A stretch of DNA of 64,000 bases from Epithemia pelagica (taxonomy: Eukaryota > Protista > Bacillariophyta), in assembly GCA_946965045.2 (NCBI GenBank), contig OX337231.1:682001-746000 (forward strand). Direction: 5' to 3'. This document shows positions 23,872 through 36,261 of the stretch, piece after piece (the stretch's first letter is position 1; the number at the start of each line of letters is the position of its first letter). Both the position numbers and the translations under genes were made by a program. Under the pieces are notes generated by a model, which had not been told where the DNA came from, did no database searches, and saw nothing but the letters and a program-made list of their open reading frames with translations.

Positions 23872-24172
23872 GACGGCTCCCCCCAAAACACAACAAACAA
23901 TGGCTCCATGTACGTTCTCCAGGTGATAACGAGGAAGCTAGACGAACTTTTTTTGCCACGACAGAATCGAGGTACGGCTCCCTAGTAGTAGGAAAAAGTC
24001 ATGGAATGGCCTTTCTCATTAGAGAAACCGTGCAGGTGCGTCGCTGGGACGACTCGACCAACACAACAAAAGTCCATGATCCACGGCAACGTCCGAGACA
24101 AAATCGTCACCCATGGGACGGATTCCAAGTATAGTTCGTGATGCCTTTGTTCTTCTTCCTGCCACACCACGT

Positions 24173-24262
24173 GTAGCATTCGAATGTCCGTATCTCACGT
24201 CAAGAGTAAATAGGGTTGTAGCATTCAAATGTCCGTATCTCACGTCAAGAGTAAATAGGGTT
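24173..24262 (+). repeat. 45-bp tandem duplication (2 copies)
   Basis: gtagcattc(g/a)aatgtccgtatctcacgtcaagagtaaatagggtt occurs twice here and once in copy B (~50742-50786). Confidence 0.85.
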
Positions 24263-24361
24263 ACAAAAGACTAGAGAGAATAAACAAGGTGTATCTAATT
24301 CAACAACAAGTCCTTCCGCACTCACAAAACACTGCTTCATCTGCTCTTTTATGTATGTCCC

Positions 24362-26018
24362 TCAATCTTTGTCATGTGGAGATAAGACCGAGATTGTCGG
24401 TTCCATCATTTCGCGGAACCATACGCGGGACAATTCACTGGACGGGATAGGAAAGTTGCTACTGTCTGTGGGGCATCGAAACGACACTGCCAGCACACGC
24501 TGACGAATTGAAACAGTGCTAATGTTCTTTTTCGTTTCCTCGAGCTTTCCCTGAATCATGGAACAAAATGCCAACATCCCAGTGTACGAATAAAGACTGG
24601 AACCAGCGTCGGATGGCTCCAAACACTGACCACTCTCGTCGTTCATGTCGATACCCAACGAATTCCACCATTTCTTGACCGTCTCCGGTCCTGGTGAATT
24701 CTTGTGGTTCTTGCATTGGACAAAGTCCACGAATGCTTCGTTTCCATCAATATACAACACGAGGACATCAGGGCCTTGCGCAGTTGGAGTTCCTTGTGAG
24801 AACACCATACAGAACTTCTCTAGAGAAGGAAACACAAGCTTTTCTTGCTCTAGTGCTTTTTGGTTTTCCAACTCATACTTCAAATTTTCAATTTCCTCCT
24901 GATCAATATCCTTCTTTTTACTGTATTTGCTTGGCCATGCAAACTCCAAACAATGACGCTTGGTGGAATATCCCCGGATCTCTGCCAGCCTCAAACAGTG
25001 CATAGCAGTCAGTTCTTCAAAGGAATCACCAAAACCTGGTCGTAGTTGACAGGTCAACCCAAAGCAAGCAAGGTACTTCAAAGCAGTCGATGTTTCTTGT
25101 GTTTTTGTGGCAAGACCACGCTGAAAAACCTCATTTACTTCTTTCTGGTTATGAGAGATCCAGCTATCCATGTCGTCTTTCACTGCGGCCAGGTTGTTCT
25201 TGACATCGTCCGTAAAAGAATGCATCTCTTCCTTCTTGAATTCCAATGCAGATTTCAGGTGGAACAAAAAGGCGCGTTCGAGAAGTCCTGATCGATCGTT
25301 CTCTTCGAGACGAGTGTCTCTTCAAATAGTCCAATGGCTGAGAGGTAGCTTTCAAGGCATTCAGGAGCGCACCAAATTCCGGTTGAAAATAGCCCTGAAT
25401 CGTATCCATCCGCAAAGCATCCTCCCCGTAAAAGGTTTGTCCTTCTCGGCCTCTGTCGAACCTCATAGACACAAAGCTGGTATCCTGATCCGCTTGGGTT
25501 TGCTCGTCAATCCAGGACGTGAGCTTATTTTTCATTTCGTTTCTTTCATCATCCGTAGACGAAAGGCATATAAAACTACCTTTTCCATTGATCTTAAATA
25601 CCAAATTAATCGAGATCATCGGGTCGCCCCATTCCCATTCCTTGGGCATACTTTCGAAGAATTTCTCGATAAATGCACGAGGCTCGAGATATTCCGGTTG
25701 TTGGGAGACTTCTATGGGGGTGGGACCCATTTGTGATGTCTGGGTCCCAGCTTTTTCTTTTGCTAGGTCATCCAGGATTGCAATGGCCATTTTAGAGGTT
25801 GTGACTTCACCTTCAATCAATGGTTGAAGAAAGTTCTTCCGAAATTGATCTCCAAAAACAGCAGCCTGAGTGTTCAGTTCATGCTTCAAGGCAGTTTCAT
25901 TGGACTGGATGAAAGCACTCCATCCTGCCGTGTTGTCCTCCCTATGAGCCGAGCTCTGGCCCCTGCTGGTTCTAGGAACTTTGGGATATGTACGATTGTC
26001 ATCAGCACAATGAGCCAT
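24362..26018 (-). pseudogene. Internally deleted copy A of the Crinkler/RHS-like NTPase-nuclease gene
   Basis: Near-identical to 50886-53543 but lacks 992 bp (equivalent to 51835-52826, the NTPase domain). Junction ctcttcGAGAcgagtg at ~25307-25310; the deletion shifts the frame. Confidence 0.88.
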
Positions 26019-26153
26019 TGCCAAGATCTTGGGGTTTGGGATAAGACTGTGACTTTTATCACGCTGGTGAAACGAATGGAATCCAACCACGGTTGTCCGA
26101 GTCTTACCCAGCAAACTAACCGCCACTTCGAATACCAAAAAGAGGGTGATACT

Positions 26154-26357
26154 TGCCATACCCATGTGTAATGGTAGGACGTAAAAATTATGATCTTTTG
26201 GAATTAGGCTAGGAAAGTGAGCGATGGCCAGAGAAGCCATCTGCACACGGGACAAGGACAGACTGAATTCTGCGAACGTCGGTGTCAAAGATTCAACTAG
26301 GGACCTATCGAGTCATGTTTACGTGGAGTCGTGGCGGGACAGAGTCCGGGTACCGCA
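26154..26357 (-). repeat. Gypsy 3' LTR (204 bp)
   Basis: Direct repeat of 43088-43291. Confidence 0.9.
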
Positions 26358-26958
26358 CTCTACCTCTCCCTGGGTAGTGTTGGGGGCAAGGTCTGGAGGA
26401 GGGGGTCACGGGTCACGGGTCACGCGGAGCTAAGGGGTCACAAAAAATGACCCCCGGCATGCCCCTACGTGACCCTTATGGCACCTCATGCAACATCAAC
26501 ACGTTAAGGACTTAGTAATTAAGGACATCATCTAAAGTGAACTCCTCTTCTTCTTCATTGCAACCAATAGTAGCTGTAGCATGTGCACTCCTGGGGTTCC
26601 ACTTGATCCAGCAACCTCTCTATCCATAATCTCCTTCAAGACTAACAAGTCGAACATTTGGCAAACGAATGTACCTGTTATTGGAAGAGGTGGTGGTGGT
26701 CCCTTGACTTGTGTTCTAGGTAGACTTGATTCTCATTCAAGAGAGGTTCTAGTGGATCATCACTGTCATGTTCTGTAACTGTCTGTCGAACTCGACCTCA
26801 AAATCAACATCATCAACAGTTGTGGTCGCTTAAAAGTCGCGCTTATTCGTGCGGCATGCCCCGACTATATTTTGCGATGAGGGGCATAGGGTCACGGGTC
26901 ATGGGGGCATGCACCTTTTGGGCATGCCCCGTGCCGAATGCCCACAACACAATCCCTG

Positions 26959-27471
26959 GGATACCCAATATTTCTTGTCGATAGGTGACATTTTTACTGT
27001 AAGGTTGACAAATTCTACAATTAATGTACAAAAGTCCATATTGCCCTTCTGGTGCGACATTGGTTTTCTTTTCCTTTATTATAGCCTAGTTCATTGTCTA
27101 CAGTTGTCCACTTATGCAGAGTACAGTCGGATTATGATGAGATAATCTAATGGGCATTAAGCAAAGGTGCGGCTTTTTTCGTGTTCTTGGCAAAATGCGA
27201 ATTCCCCAACAGGGTATTCGCAACAAACGGCAGAAGACCGCCAAAAGACGACAGCTCGTGGCTATAGTGTATTGCATCGCGCTGTTTCCTTGCTCTCAAC
27301 AACACAACAACAACAACAAGAAGAAGAACAACAATGATGCGCGGAGCCATGACAATGGCAATGGCAATGGCATCCGACCACAAGAGCAAAAGGCAAAGGA
27401 ACCTTTGTAACTCGAAGATTCTACAAGTTTGACAAATTCGACAAGTTTGACAAATTCTACAAATTCTACAA
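26959..27471 (+). repeat. Left TIR with an internal array of 9-bp units (acaaattct/acaagtttg/acaaattcg)
   Basis: Inverted match to 36917-37418 along its length, with small indels. Confidence 0.88.
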
Positions 27472-27484
27472 GTTGCTTCTTTCT

Positions 27485-27976
27485 TCAATCTCTTCTCTTC
27501 AAGGTAGAACAGAAATTTTTGACGACGGACTTCTTGGTAGACTCTATGACGAAATATGCGCGGTTGAAGGGAGCATATTCAGGTCGAGTCTTCTGAAGTT
27601 GTGCTGGGGTCATTAGTTCATGGAGCTTGCGCTCCACATCACCTTGAAGAAGTGGCTTGGCGTCGGACAGATCAAAGACAGGTTGGCCCCGCTGGTTTTT
27701 AGTGGCTCTCTCATACATGGCACGGTCATGGATGAGAGCCTGCTCCTCGAAGTCCCGTTGCTTATGGTCTCGTCCGACTTGCTTGCGATGGTCTGCAAGT
27801 CGGGCCTTGAATTGTTCGTAGACAACACCCTCCTGGATGAAGATGCCATCAGTGGAATAGATCTGCCAGGCTTCCTCCGCACTCCAATCAAGCGGCAATA
27901 CACGGGCCTCCAGATCGTGTAAGAGCACCACACGGGCATCACTGTTGCGCCAATCAATCCACCCTTCTTTCGGCAT
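27485..27976 (-). pseudogene. Transposon accessory ORF1 (duplicated W/F..S.A+..L..D module, TRPEY motif); 1-nt frameshift near 27560
   Basis: WRNSDARVVLLHDLE and FDLSDAKPLLQGDVE are internal repeats. An alternative frame after TRPEYAPF reads PRIFRHRVYQEVRRQKFLFYLEEKRLKKE and runs into the TIR. Confidence 0.55.
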
Positions 27977-29021
27977 TGTTGATTGTTGTTGTATGGCCTT
28001 GGCTTTGTGGCTCTAGAGGACAGCAAAGAGCAAAGTGGAGTTTGACTCGTGGCTGAAGACAAAGAACACACGCCACAATAGCATTCGCCTTCCCATTGAC
28101 ACCATTCGTTACTGATTGCCCACGACACCGTTCGTTACTGATTGCCCACCAGAATGATGACGCCTGCACACCCGGCATTGTTCTACTACATTCAAATCAA
28201 TAATAACTTGATCATCAGTTATGAATAGGATTGTATGCTTAGCTTGCTTTCAATGCTTTGCCGCCAACAACCGTAGGTCGGGTCTCCATTCTCCGTTTCC
28301 ATCACTCCATTTTCAGAATATCTCACAATGCCGGAAGAGACAAAAGTGAAACTCAAGCCTTCACAGATTTACCAGCTTCTGAAGGACGTCGAAGGTGGGA
28401 AGCATTCGCGGCAAGAAACCAACCTTCTTGACCTTTGCGACAACCACCCAAACTTTTATGGAGGAAGTGGTTCAGCGGAGCGTCGTGCATTTCAAATCAA
28501 GTGGGGCTACTTGAAATTTCTCCCCATACAGCAGTACCTCAAGCTTCTGGAAAGTAACGACATCACGCCTGGTAAGTTTACGCTACAAGAGAAGAAGAAA
28601 AACGAGGAGGACCCAAAGAAGAATCAAGCAACCGCCAAGGACAGTTCCACCGAGACGAGCACAACAAGGGGCAGCACCCGAAGTACGGAGCGATTGGACG
28701 ACGACTCAAGTGAATTGACTCCCCCCGATTCGGAGGACGAAGGAAGGGCACCGCCAAACTCCAAGCATCTCAAGCCACCAGCAGTTGTTGGGTTTCTTCC
28801 ACCAAAGAAAGCTCCGTCTCCACCACCGCCAACACAACCAGTTGTACCAACCCAAGCTCTCTCCAAGCCACCACCTCCTACTTCCCCGCAAGTTGACACC
28901 CCCGTTGCTCGTAAACTGTTCAAGCAAGCACCTGCAAAAATGGAAGGACTAGAAAAGCAGTTAGCTGGTCTGAAGGTTGATGAAGGCACGCCGCAAACTC
29001 CACGAGGTACTCACCTCAGAG

Positions 29022-29221
29022 NNNNNNNNNNNNNNNNNNNNNNNNNNNNNNNNNNNNNNNNNNNNNNNNNNNNNNNNNNNNNNNNNNNNNNNNNNNNNNN
29101 NNNNNNNNNNNNNNNNNNNNNNNNNNNNNNNNNNNNNNNNNNNNNNNNNNNNNNNNNNNNNNNNNNNNNNNNNNNNNNNNNNNNNNNNNNNNNNNNNNNN
29201 NNNNNNNNNNNNNNNNNNNNN
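29022..29221. other. Assembly gap (200 N)
   Basis: Run of N. Confidence 1.
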
Positions 29222-32200
29222 GACACGGTAGTAAACCTCATCCCAGAAAGGAAAGAACAAGAGATGAGTAATGTCGGGTGGGCGTCCGGAGAGAGCCTCA
29301 AGAGGAGTGCGACCGGAATGGGTGGGTGATGATGTATGGTTCAATAAGTCACAGACATACTCAAGGCAAAGAAGCCAGGTGTTGGCAGGGCAACCAGTGG
29401 CATTCATGAGAGCGTTGGTCATACGTTTGACGGTCTGGTAACGGTTTTCAGCCTTATTCTGGTGTTGATGATAAGGTTCGGATCGATACTCCCCAATAAG
29501 TAAAGTGCGAAGAATGTCTTTGACCTTTTGAGAGATGAGAGATGAACCACCATCACTGATAAGAGTCTCCATGGCACCACGAAACCGGATGTTGTCCTGA
29601 AGAGTATTGACAAACTGTTTGGTTGACTTGATCCCATAGATATCAGTAACCAGAGTATCTCGACCAACAAAGATTTGTGCGACTTTACCGCCATGGTCAA
29701 CAGCAGGGGTGTCGGAGAAAACCGAGTCAGTAGCAACGGGTTCATGACGTCGAGGTATATTAAGGACCGGATTGCGAGCCTTGAAATGTTTCTTGAGGGT
29801 GTCGTGGTCAAAAGTAATGCTACCATTACGTGTAGTGTGCTTGAACGTATCGGCAATAACATCTTCAGATTGCCAACCAAAGAATGGACGGAACTTCTTC
29901 CAGTCATACGCTTCCTGGTAACGACGGTGGACAGAGGCATGAAGTGTAGGATCATTACCTTCTGCGTCAGCATAGATAGAAAAGAAGGGTGCGTCGTCAG
30001 GTCCATGATCGTATGGGAGATCCAAAAGGAGATTGAGGTTACAAACAACACGATCAGTGTACTCCCCATAGTTGTCATATGGATGGTTCGACATACTACC
30101 ATCAGTCTTGACGTGTTTCCAATCAGGATCATTGTCAGAGGGTGTGGGAGAATACGAATGGTCCAGAACACCAGGATCCCATGTGTCGGGTGACGTGAAG
30201 ATGATCTGAGGTAAGGTATTCATGTCATCGTCGCTGGGGATACCCAAGGAGTGGATGTAGGCTAACCCATCTTTGATGTGAAGGGGTATAGCACGACCAT
30301 CAAGTGTAGTGATGCGTTGTTTACCATCAACTTTAACAGATCGTTCATCAACAGCAAGTCCGAAATGCTCGAATTGACCAGGAGCATGGATAGATAAGCC
30401 CTTTCCATAATAAGCATATTCATTGAAGATGCCGACAATAGGTCCATCATTGGTCTCAAACTTTGCGGCACATGTGACGACAGGAAGTCCAGTAAGTTCA
30501 TGGTTATCAATACCCACAATAGTGATATGGCGGCCAGTCTTAGAAAGGATGCGCATGTCAGAACCAGCAAGTCCTCCATTAGCACCACGGTCAATCAATT
30601 GATTTCCTGGTAAAGTAGATTTCCTGGAAAACAAATAGCGTGGAACATGTCCTGCTTGTTTATGCATGTTGGCTTTGAAAGTAACCTTCTTGCTCGTCTT
30701 GGACTTGGCGTTAGAAAGAACACTAGTCAGGTCAGTTGCCGGGTGATTGATATCAGTCGTCATGGCTTGGTTGATAAATTGTGTAACCGGATCTGAATTA
30801 TCTGGATGCTCAGGGACTACGCCAGGTGAGGCGTCATCAGATGCAACTTGGTTGGGGTCAGGATCAGGTTCCGGATCAATGTCGAGGGCATGTGTTTGCA
30901 CTTTCCTCAGTGTTGTTGATGAAGGTGCTTGAATCATCTTGTTATACTCAATGATCAACTTGCGATCTTCTTCAGAAAGTTTGAACCATAGGTCACGCGG
31001 TAGACTAACCTTGGACGAAGAGGGTGGAGATTCAGATGTCGCTTTGGTGTTGTGGACATGATACTCCATATCATCTTGTGAGGTTATGTCAGCATCTGTA
31101 TCTTGGCCATATAGTGATTCATGTTGTTTGACATGTCGACGGCGACTATGAACAGATGACTGGGTTGCTTGATCATGGTCATAAGCTGCGTCTAGAAGGA
31201 GACGGAAGTATGATTGATAGCAAAGGGATTTTGCACCGGATTTGGTGTTCACCACATTATCCAAGATCTTGACTCGACGGAGATCAGGTACCTTTTCTAC
31301 AGCTTGCATGAGGAAGGTCATCCTGGTATGATCAGGGATGCGATCAGACAATGTCACGAGATTGTCTAGCAAACGTAGCTACTCTTGAAAGTGTAGAAGA
31401 AATTGACGTGTTGTTCCGCGCCATGTGTCGTCAAGACGTAGATTGGAAATGTAGTTGGTTAAACGGAGGACTTCTCGTTTTGCTAGGTCGGATTCGGTAT
31501 GCAAAGAGTGTAACTTCTGCAATACGGCACACGCATCTTCATCATGTTCATGTTCACGTACATAGGCTCGACCTTGGTCAGTCTGAATGATACGGACAAG
31601 AACGGAGTAAAGAAATACTTGTTGCTCTTGGAAAAGTTCTTCGGCATACTCATCATCATGGGGTGGTGTGTATTTGAAATTCAGAACGTTGGATAGGCCT
31701 TGAGCCTTAGCTGTAGTCTTGAATACACGCCAGAATGAATCGTAGTATCGTTCATCCTTGAATACCTCATATGCAGTTGCGTCGCGCTTAGTTCCCTTTC
31801 TGAATGCTGTAAGGTCTTGTTGAGATTGGGATGCCGCAGTAACTGTGCTGACAGATTTCACAGATGACGGTGACTTCATTGGCGAGACTGGAACTTGGCT
31901 AGGTGGTCCCTTAGAGAAATCTGTGTTGATCCTCCAAGCGTTGATCTCTTTCCTCGTTAGGTTCATCCAGTCGCTATTGGATAGCTCGTCTTGAATTTCA
32001 TTAGTCTTGTATATGGCCCAATAAGCCAAGGGCTTGATCTGCTGTCTTGTGGGGCCTTGTAGATCATGTGTCTGTTTGTTGACCTTGTATTGTGTCAGTT
32101 CGTTCATGGATTCCTCGGTATTAGTTTGCATATACGAGATAACATGGGTAATGTTCTCAAAACCATGGTATTTCATCCACTTCATTAAGTAGTCGGCCCT

Positions 32201-32323
32201 TTCTTTGGTAAAGAATTGGCAGACAGTAAATATGATGTGGTCGAATAGGTCTGTGTTCGAGACATTGTCTTGGTTATCTTCTCCCTTAGGAGTCGTAGGT
32301 GTCTTGGGTGATTGAGGATCCAT
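29222..32323 (-). pseudogene. gag: Copia-2 gag-PR-INT with an in-frame TAG at 31381-31379
   Basis: ORFs 31379-32323 and 28961-31372 are in the same frame (HFQE*LRLLDNLV). The integrase runs into the N gap. Confidence 0.85.
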
Positions 32324-32643
32324 GGTGTTATTTGGTTGGTTCGATGTTTATTTAATGTGCGGTGTGATGTGGTTTATTTAATGTGTGATGTGATGTGATC
32401 CCGGATGTACCACGTGTGCCACGTATGTACCACGTATGTGATACCCGGATGTGTGTTGTGATGTGCGACTCTTGGAAATTTCCGTTGATTCCGACAAATT
32501 TTCGCCGAGTTTCAACAAATTTTCGCCGAATTTTCGCGATTTGACGGGAATGTGTGGCGTGTTGTGCGACCAAGGGTACCCGGATGTGCGTTGAGTTTAA
32601 GTCTTGGAAAGGTTTTGAGAGGACGGGAGTTAACTATGAGTAA

Positions 32644-33423
32644 TTAAGCTTCGGTCTCCGAATCCCCACTCTCTTCCGAATAATCAGAGTCGTTTCCAGG
32701 CTCAGATGGGGCAGCACAAGCAACAGAAGAAGGGGTATCACCTTCAGCCAGGTGATTCTCGACCTCGGTACGCAAAGGGTAGATAGTTGCACGATGGTCC
32801 TCGATGGTATGGACCTCGTGGATGTAGGCAACGTAGTTATCTAGGCGTACAACGTTAGGAGGCAGAGGGCAAGTCGTCGCGTTCACGACGTGGATGGTAT
32901 TGTAGTATCCAGTTGGGCGCTCGAAGGTTAGGAAGCGGAGGTGGACAGTACGGATGGGGTTGCCCGAGAGGGCGGCCAAGATGAGGCGACGCCTCGGAGA
33001 ACGATGAAGTTGGTCGTTCAGACGGTCAATGTCTTCTTGGTCGACGATGTGGGTCACCGATTGGAACTGGCGTTCGATCTGGGTCTCCCCACGGATGATC
33101 TCGGGATCGAAGGTCGAACAAGTTGGTTGACGGAAGTACTTGATATGATCAGCAATCAACCGGGTGGTACGACGGGATCGAGAAGGGACGAGCCGACGAG
33201 GCGGACTCGGGGGCCGAAGCAACGGCGCAGGGATCGGAGCGTGAGGCTGGGTTGGAGTCTCGAATGGGTTGCTGTTGGAACTGTCGACAGAGATGTTGAC
33301 CGATGTGTTGGCTGCCTTTGGCGTCGGCACCAGTTCCTGCTGCACCAGGGTATCGGGCTGCCCGGGATGCAGTTTGGCTCGATAGATCTGTCGTACAGGA
33401 GTGATAAGCTCGTTAGTATCCAT
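32644..33423 (-). CDS. Additional 259-aa ORF of unknown function upstream of gag, inside Copia-2
   Basis: Intact ATG-to-stop ORF on the element's sense strand between the 5' LTR and gag. No motif recognised. Confidence 0.45.
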   Translation of the reverse strand: MDTNELITPVRQIYRAKLHPGQPDTLVQQELVPTPKAANTSVNISVDSSNSNPFETPTQPHAPIPAPLLRPPSPPRRLVPSRSRRTTRLIADHIKYFRQPTCSTFDPEIIRGETQIERQFQSVTHIVDQEDIDRLNDQLHRSPRRRLILAALSGNPIRTVHLRFLTFERPTGYYNTIHVVNATTCPLPPNVVRLDNYVAYIHEVHTIEDHRATIYPLRTEVENHLAEGDTPSSVACAAPSEPGNDSDYSEESGDSETEA

Positions 33424-35198
33424 GAAACCACAAGGAAATAAGCTTTGAGACTGTTAATCTGTTACAATTCTTTCTGAATCGTAGAGGCATTGATGCTCGG
33501 TTTACAATTCTCTTGGAATTGCAGAGGCATTGATGCTCGGTAGAGCAGACAATCAGGTAGGTCACCAACCGATACAAGCTTCTCAGGGTCAGAGAAGCAA
33601 GCAAGTCGAAGTCTATCAGAAGGATAGTCGGGACACAAAAGAAGATGTGATAAATGGTGATATTGTTAGATTGTGTGTTGATTACTACGATAGGTCTACG
33701 TGAAATGTTCGGTCCTGCCAAGGGTCATGTGTCATAGGTTCTTGGCGGCAACAGGTTTGGAATAGTTGGAGTCGATTCATGTGATGTATATGACATGTAT
33801 ATGTGGACGGATAACATATACAGGGTCAACAGCTCTTGCTTTGGATTGGCATAGTTGTTTTTCATGGCGCGCAGCTTGTTGACAATTTGGAGATTGTGGG
33901 AATGGAAATATGGTCTCGCGTGATCGTGTGTCGTGCTTGGGATACTTAGACCGTTGGGTCGGATAGATGCCGACAGCGCTCGGATGTCGCTTGGGCGCGC
34001 TCGATAATTTCGGGCGCGTACGCTTAGGACGTTAGTATAATGTCCGAGCAACGGCCAAATTTACGTCCGTTGTAATACCGCACGACCCAGTTTAGTCTTG
34101 AGAGTGAGTTCGTCAATCTATTCTCACTTTTCATGATTTGCGAAGAAATATAGGTCGATATAGCGCGAAGCTAGGGAACATAGCTCGAAGCTAGATGGCA
34201 TGATGCGATAGCACGAGGCTATGTGACATGGGGAATCGATGAGATGTAGAATCTAACCACCATAGACGGTGAGAATTCTAACACAGAGGCACTCTCAAAG
34301 ACCCCTTTGTCATCTATGCAAATTTGAACTTCCCCGAGCGCAACAGGGAGTTCGAAATCTTCAAGGTTGACGGGGTCAAATCCAATGACCACAAGTGGAA
34401 CTCCATCTACATCCACAAGGCAATCTCCCCTGGAAGCACTGACTATCAGCAGTGGGCATCAAGAATCCTCGACGATACTGAGTTCCCTCAGTACCCTGCC
34501 CCCAAGATCCTCATCAAGGGTAACAGTCGGGATTTTTGGGTCAGGAACCTCGGGCGCTATCATGACAATCCGAATGGTCCAAACTGCGTGGCCACCAACT
34601 TAAAGCATCGTGAGGCGTATTTTGCAATCATTGAAGATCCAGAGCGCCAATGTACTTACTGGATTATTGTGCTACCGCAGCACAATGAGCTTGACAACTC
34701 TGTGCTTGCTGGTGACGACAAGGAGGTGCCCACCGAAATGTTGCTCATCCGCATTGTTCACGCGGATATTGACCAGACAAAGAAGAGACGTGAGGCCCTT
34801 CGTGCCAACAACGTCAAGATAGATGAAGATGAAGATGAAGACACTGATCTCCTTGATGGAATGTTGGGGATGGTTCTCTTCTGGCGGATTTTGATCCGTG
34901 GTAGTGCCAGGCGCGACAATCGAAAGCAGCGCAAGAAGAATGTACTCGACCTGTTTACCTCCCCGTAGCAATCTGGGGATTGTTCCAAAGTAGTAGTACG
35001 AGCGGCGAGGTGGAATTTGTCTGCGACGACTCAGGAGAAAATTGCCCTTGGACGTTGCACACAGCTACTAGAGCCCATAATCACCTTAGTAGTAGTTTTA
35101 TTTACATACCTATTGAGTACTCGTACTTCGAACAAAATACTCCTGTTAATTTTAGATCATTCATCATCCATCACTGGGTCGAACTTCGTACTTGTAGT

Positions 35199-36095
35199 CT
35201 AAACAGAATAAGGGATTGCACCATTGTCCATTTGATACTGTACGAGAACGCACACTGCTTCAAAGGCAATTTTGTGCTTGGCTGTTCCATGACGAAAAGT
35301 GTCCTCGAGGATCTTAAAGTTCTTCAAGCGTCCATTCACTGTTTCGTGGTAACAGCGTGCTCTGCTCTTGAAGTTACTTAACGCCTTGCTGTCTCCGTGG
35401 TAGGGGATAGCAAGCATGTCTTGCTCATCTGCTTGGTCAGACCTGTAGCCAAGCTTTTTTGCCAGGGGCCAACTGCTGCTTCAGACCACTCCGGAACATT
35501 GATAGGTCGTGTACAGCAGCAGGAAAGGGGCCATTCATCCATACAATCTTGGGTCTAAAGACCGCCGCCGCCAACTCATACTTGACCCCCCATGGTTGAA
35601 CTTGGAGGAATATGTCCCTTTGTCACGGTGGTAGATGGCATGTTTTTTTTTCCACGTCTTGAAATCGACCCCATCGACAGACACAACAAACACCTCAGAG
35701 GCAGGTGAGTTAAAATGGTCTGGCCACACAATCTTTGTGGCCTTCAGTCCCTGGATCTTCTTGATCCAACTCCACAGCCTGTCCCCTTGGCAGTACGACA
35801 AGCAACAGTTGAACGTAGATGCCAATAGCTCGGCATTTTTGGGATAGGCCCATAGGAAATGAATCGCCATGAAGAACATTTTGAGTCCTCGTTCAGACGT
35901 CTCTTTCTTCGATAGGAGCCTTTCGTTGTTGATTGTTGCGTGCTGCATGTCAAACCAGACATCAGCGAGGTCTAATGATGATGACCCATAGTGCTTCCGA
36001 AACAGCTCTTCATAGTACTTTTTCTTTCCTTCATGCGTTCTTATACCAAAGAATCGCAGACCATGTACCATGGTCTCTTTAGGTGTTAGGAACAT
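35199..36095 (-). pseudogene. PIF/Harbinger-type DDE transposase (DDE_Tnp_4-like) with two frameshifts
   Basis: VSVDGVDF (first D) ...YSSKFNHGG. A G-run frameshift at 35586-35591 leads to VKYELAAAVFRPKIVWMNGPFPAAVHDLSMFRSGL..GKK. A short deletion at ~35450 removes the expected D of the D.GY motif. Then GYRSDQ...RARCYHETVNGRLKNFKILEDTFRH (E). Confidence 0.85.
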
Positions 36096-36261
36096 GTTTT
36101 TCTATCATACAATAGGATACTACGATGAGATTTTCTAAGTAGAAGTAGAACAAGCATGTGGTTCCTATTTTAGCGATTTGGTTCTTCATCTCAGCTTTTA
36201 AAAATTTTGCATCGACACAGTACACACAAAAAACACAGCACAGAAGACAAAGAAGTCAAAA

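Larger units (their letters stand above)
23247..26216. repeat. Segmental duplication copy A (ARM 3' half, intergenic DNA, NTPase-nuclease gene, first 63 bp of the Gypsy LTR)
   Basis: Colinear with 44586-45416, 50648-53697 and 54471-54514. Confidence 0.85.
29022..34283 (-). mobile_element. Copia-2 LTR retrotransposon nested in the Harbinger-like element; its 3' part falls in the N gap
   Basis: 5-bp TSD CAGAG (29017-29021, 34284-34288). Right end is TGTTAG on the minus strand. Putative 5' LTR 34071-34283. Gag 32323-31379, protease LIDRGANGGLAG, integrase VATDSVFSD/LISD/ENRY. Confidence 0.88.
28328..34968 (+). pseudogene. Transposon accessory ORF2, split by Copia-2 (28328-29021 joined to 34289-34968)
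   Basis: Removing Copia-2 and one CAGAG copy restores the frame ...GTHLR-GTLKDPFVIYANLNFPERNREF..., ending at TAG 34966-34968. Confidence 0.8.

Noticed and set aside
26358-26958. Treating 26154-26357 as ordinary duplicated promoter DNA of the NTPase gene
   Set aside because: The TG...CA ends, ATACT TSD and purine tract show it is a Gypsy LTR.
27147-27488. Cys-rich CRICRICQT ORFs (also 36801-37220 and 36799-37095) as metal-binding proteins
   Set aside because: They are translations of the 9-bp repeat arrays in the TIRs.
31376-31384. TAG-CTA in Copia-2 as programmed readthrough
   Set aside because: It falls inside the Gag domain rather than at a gag/pol border, and it is most simply a CAG-to-TAG nonsense change. 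No stem-loop was noticed.
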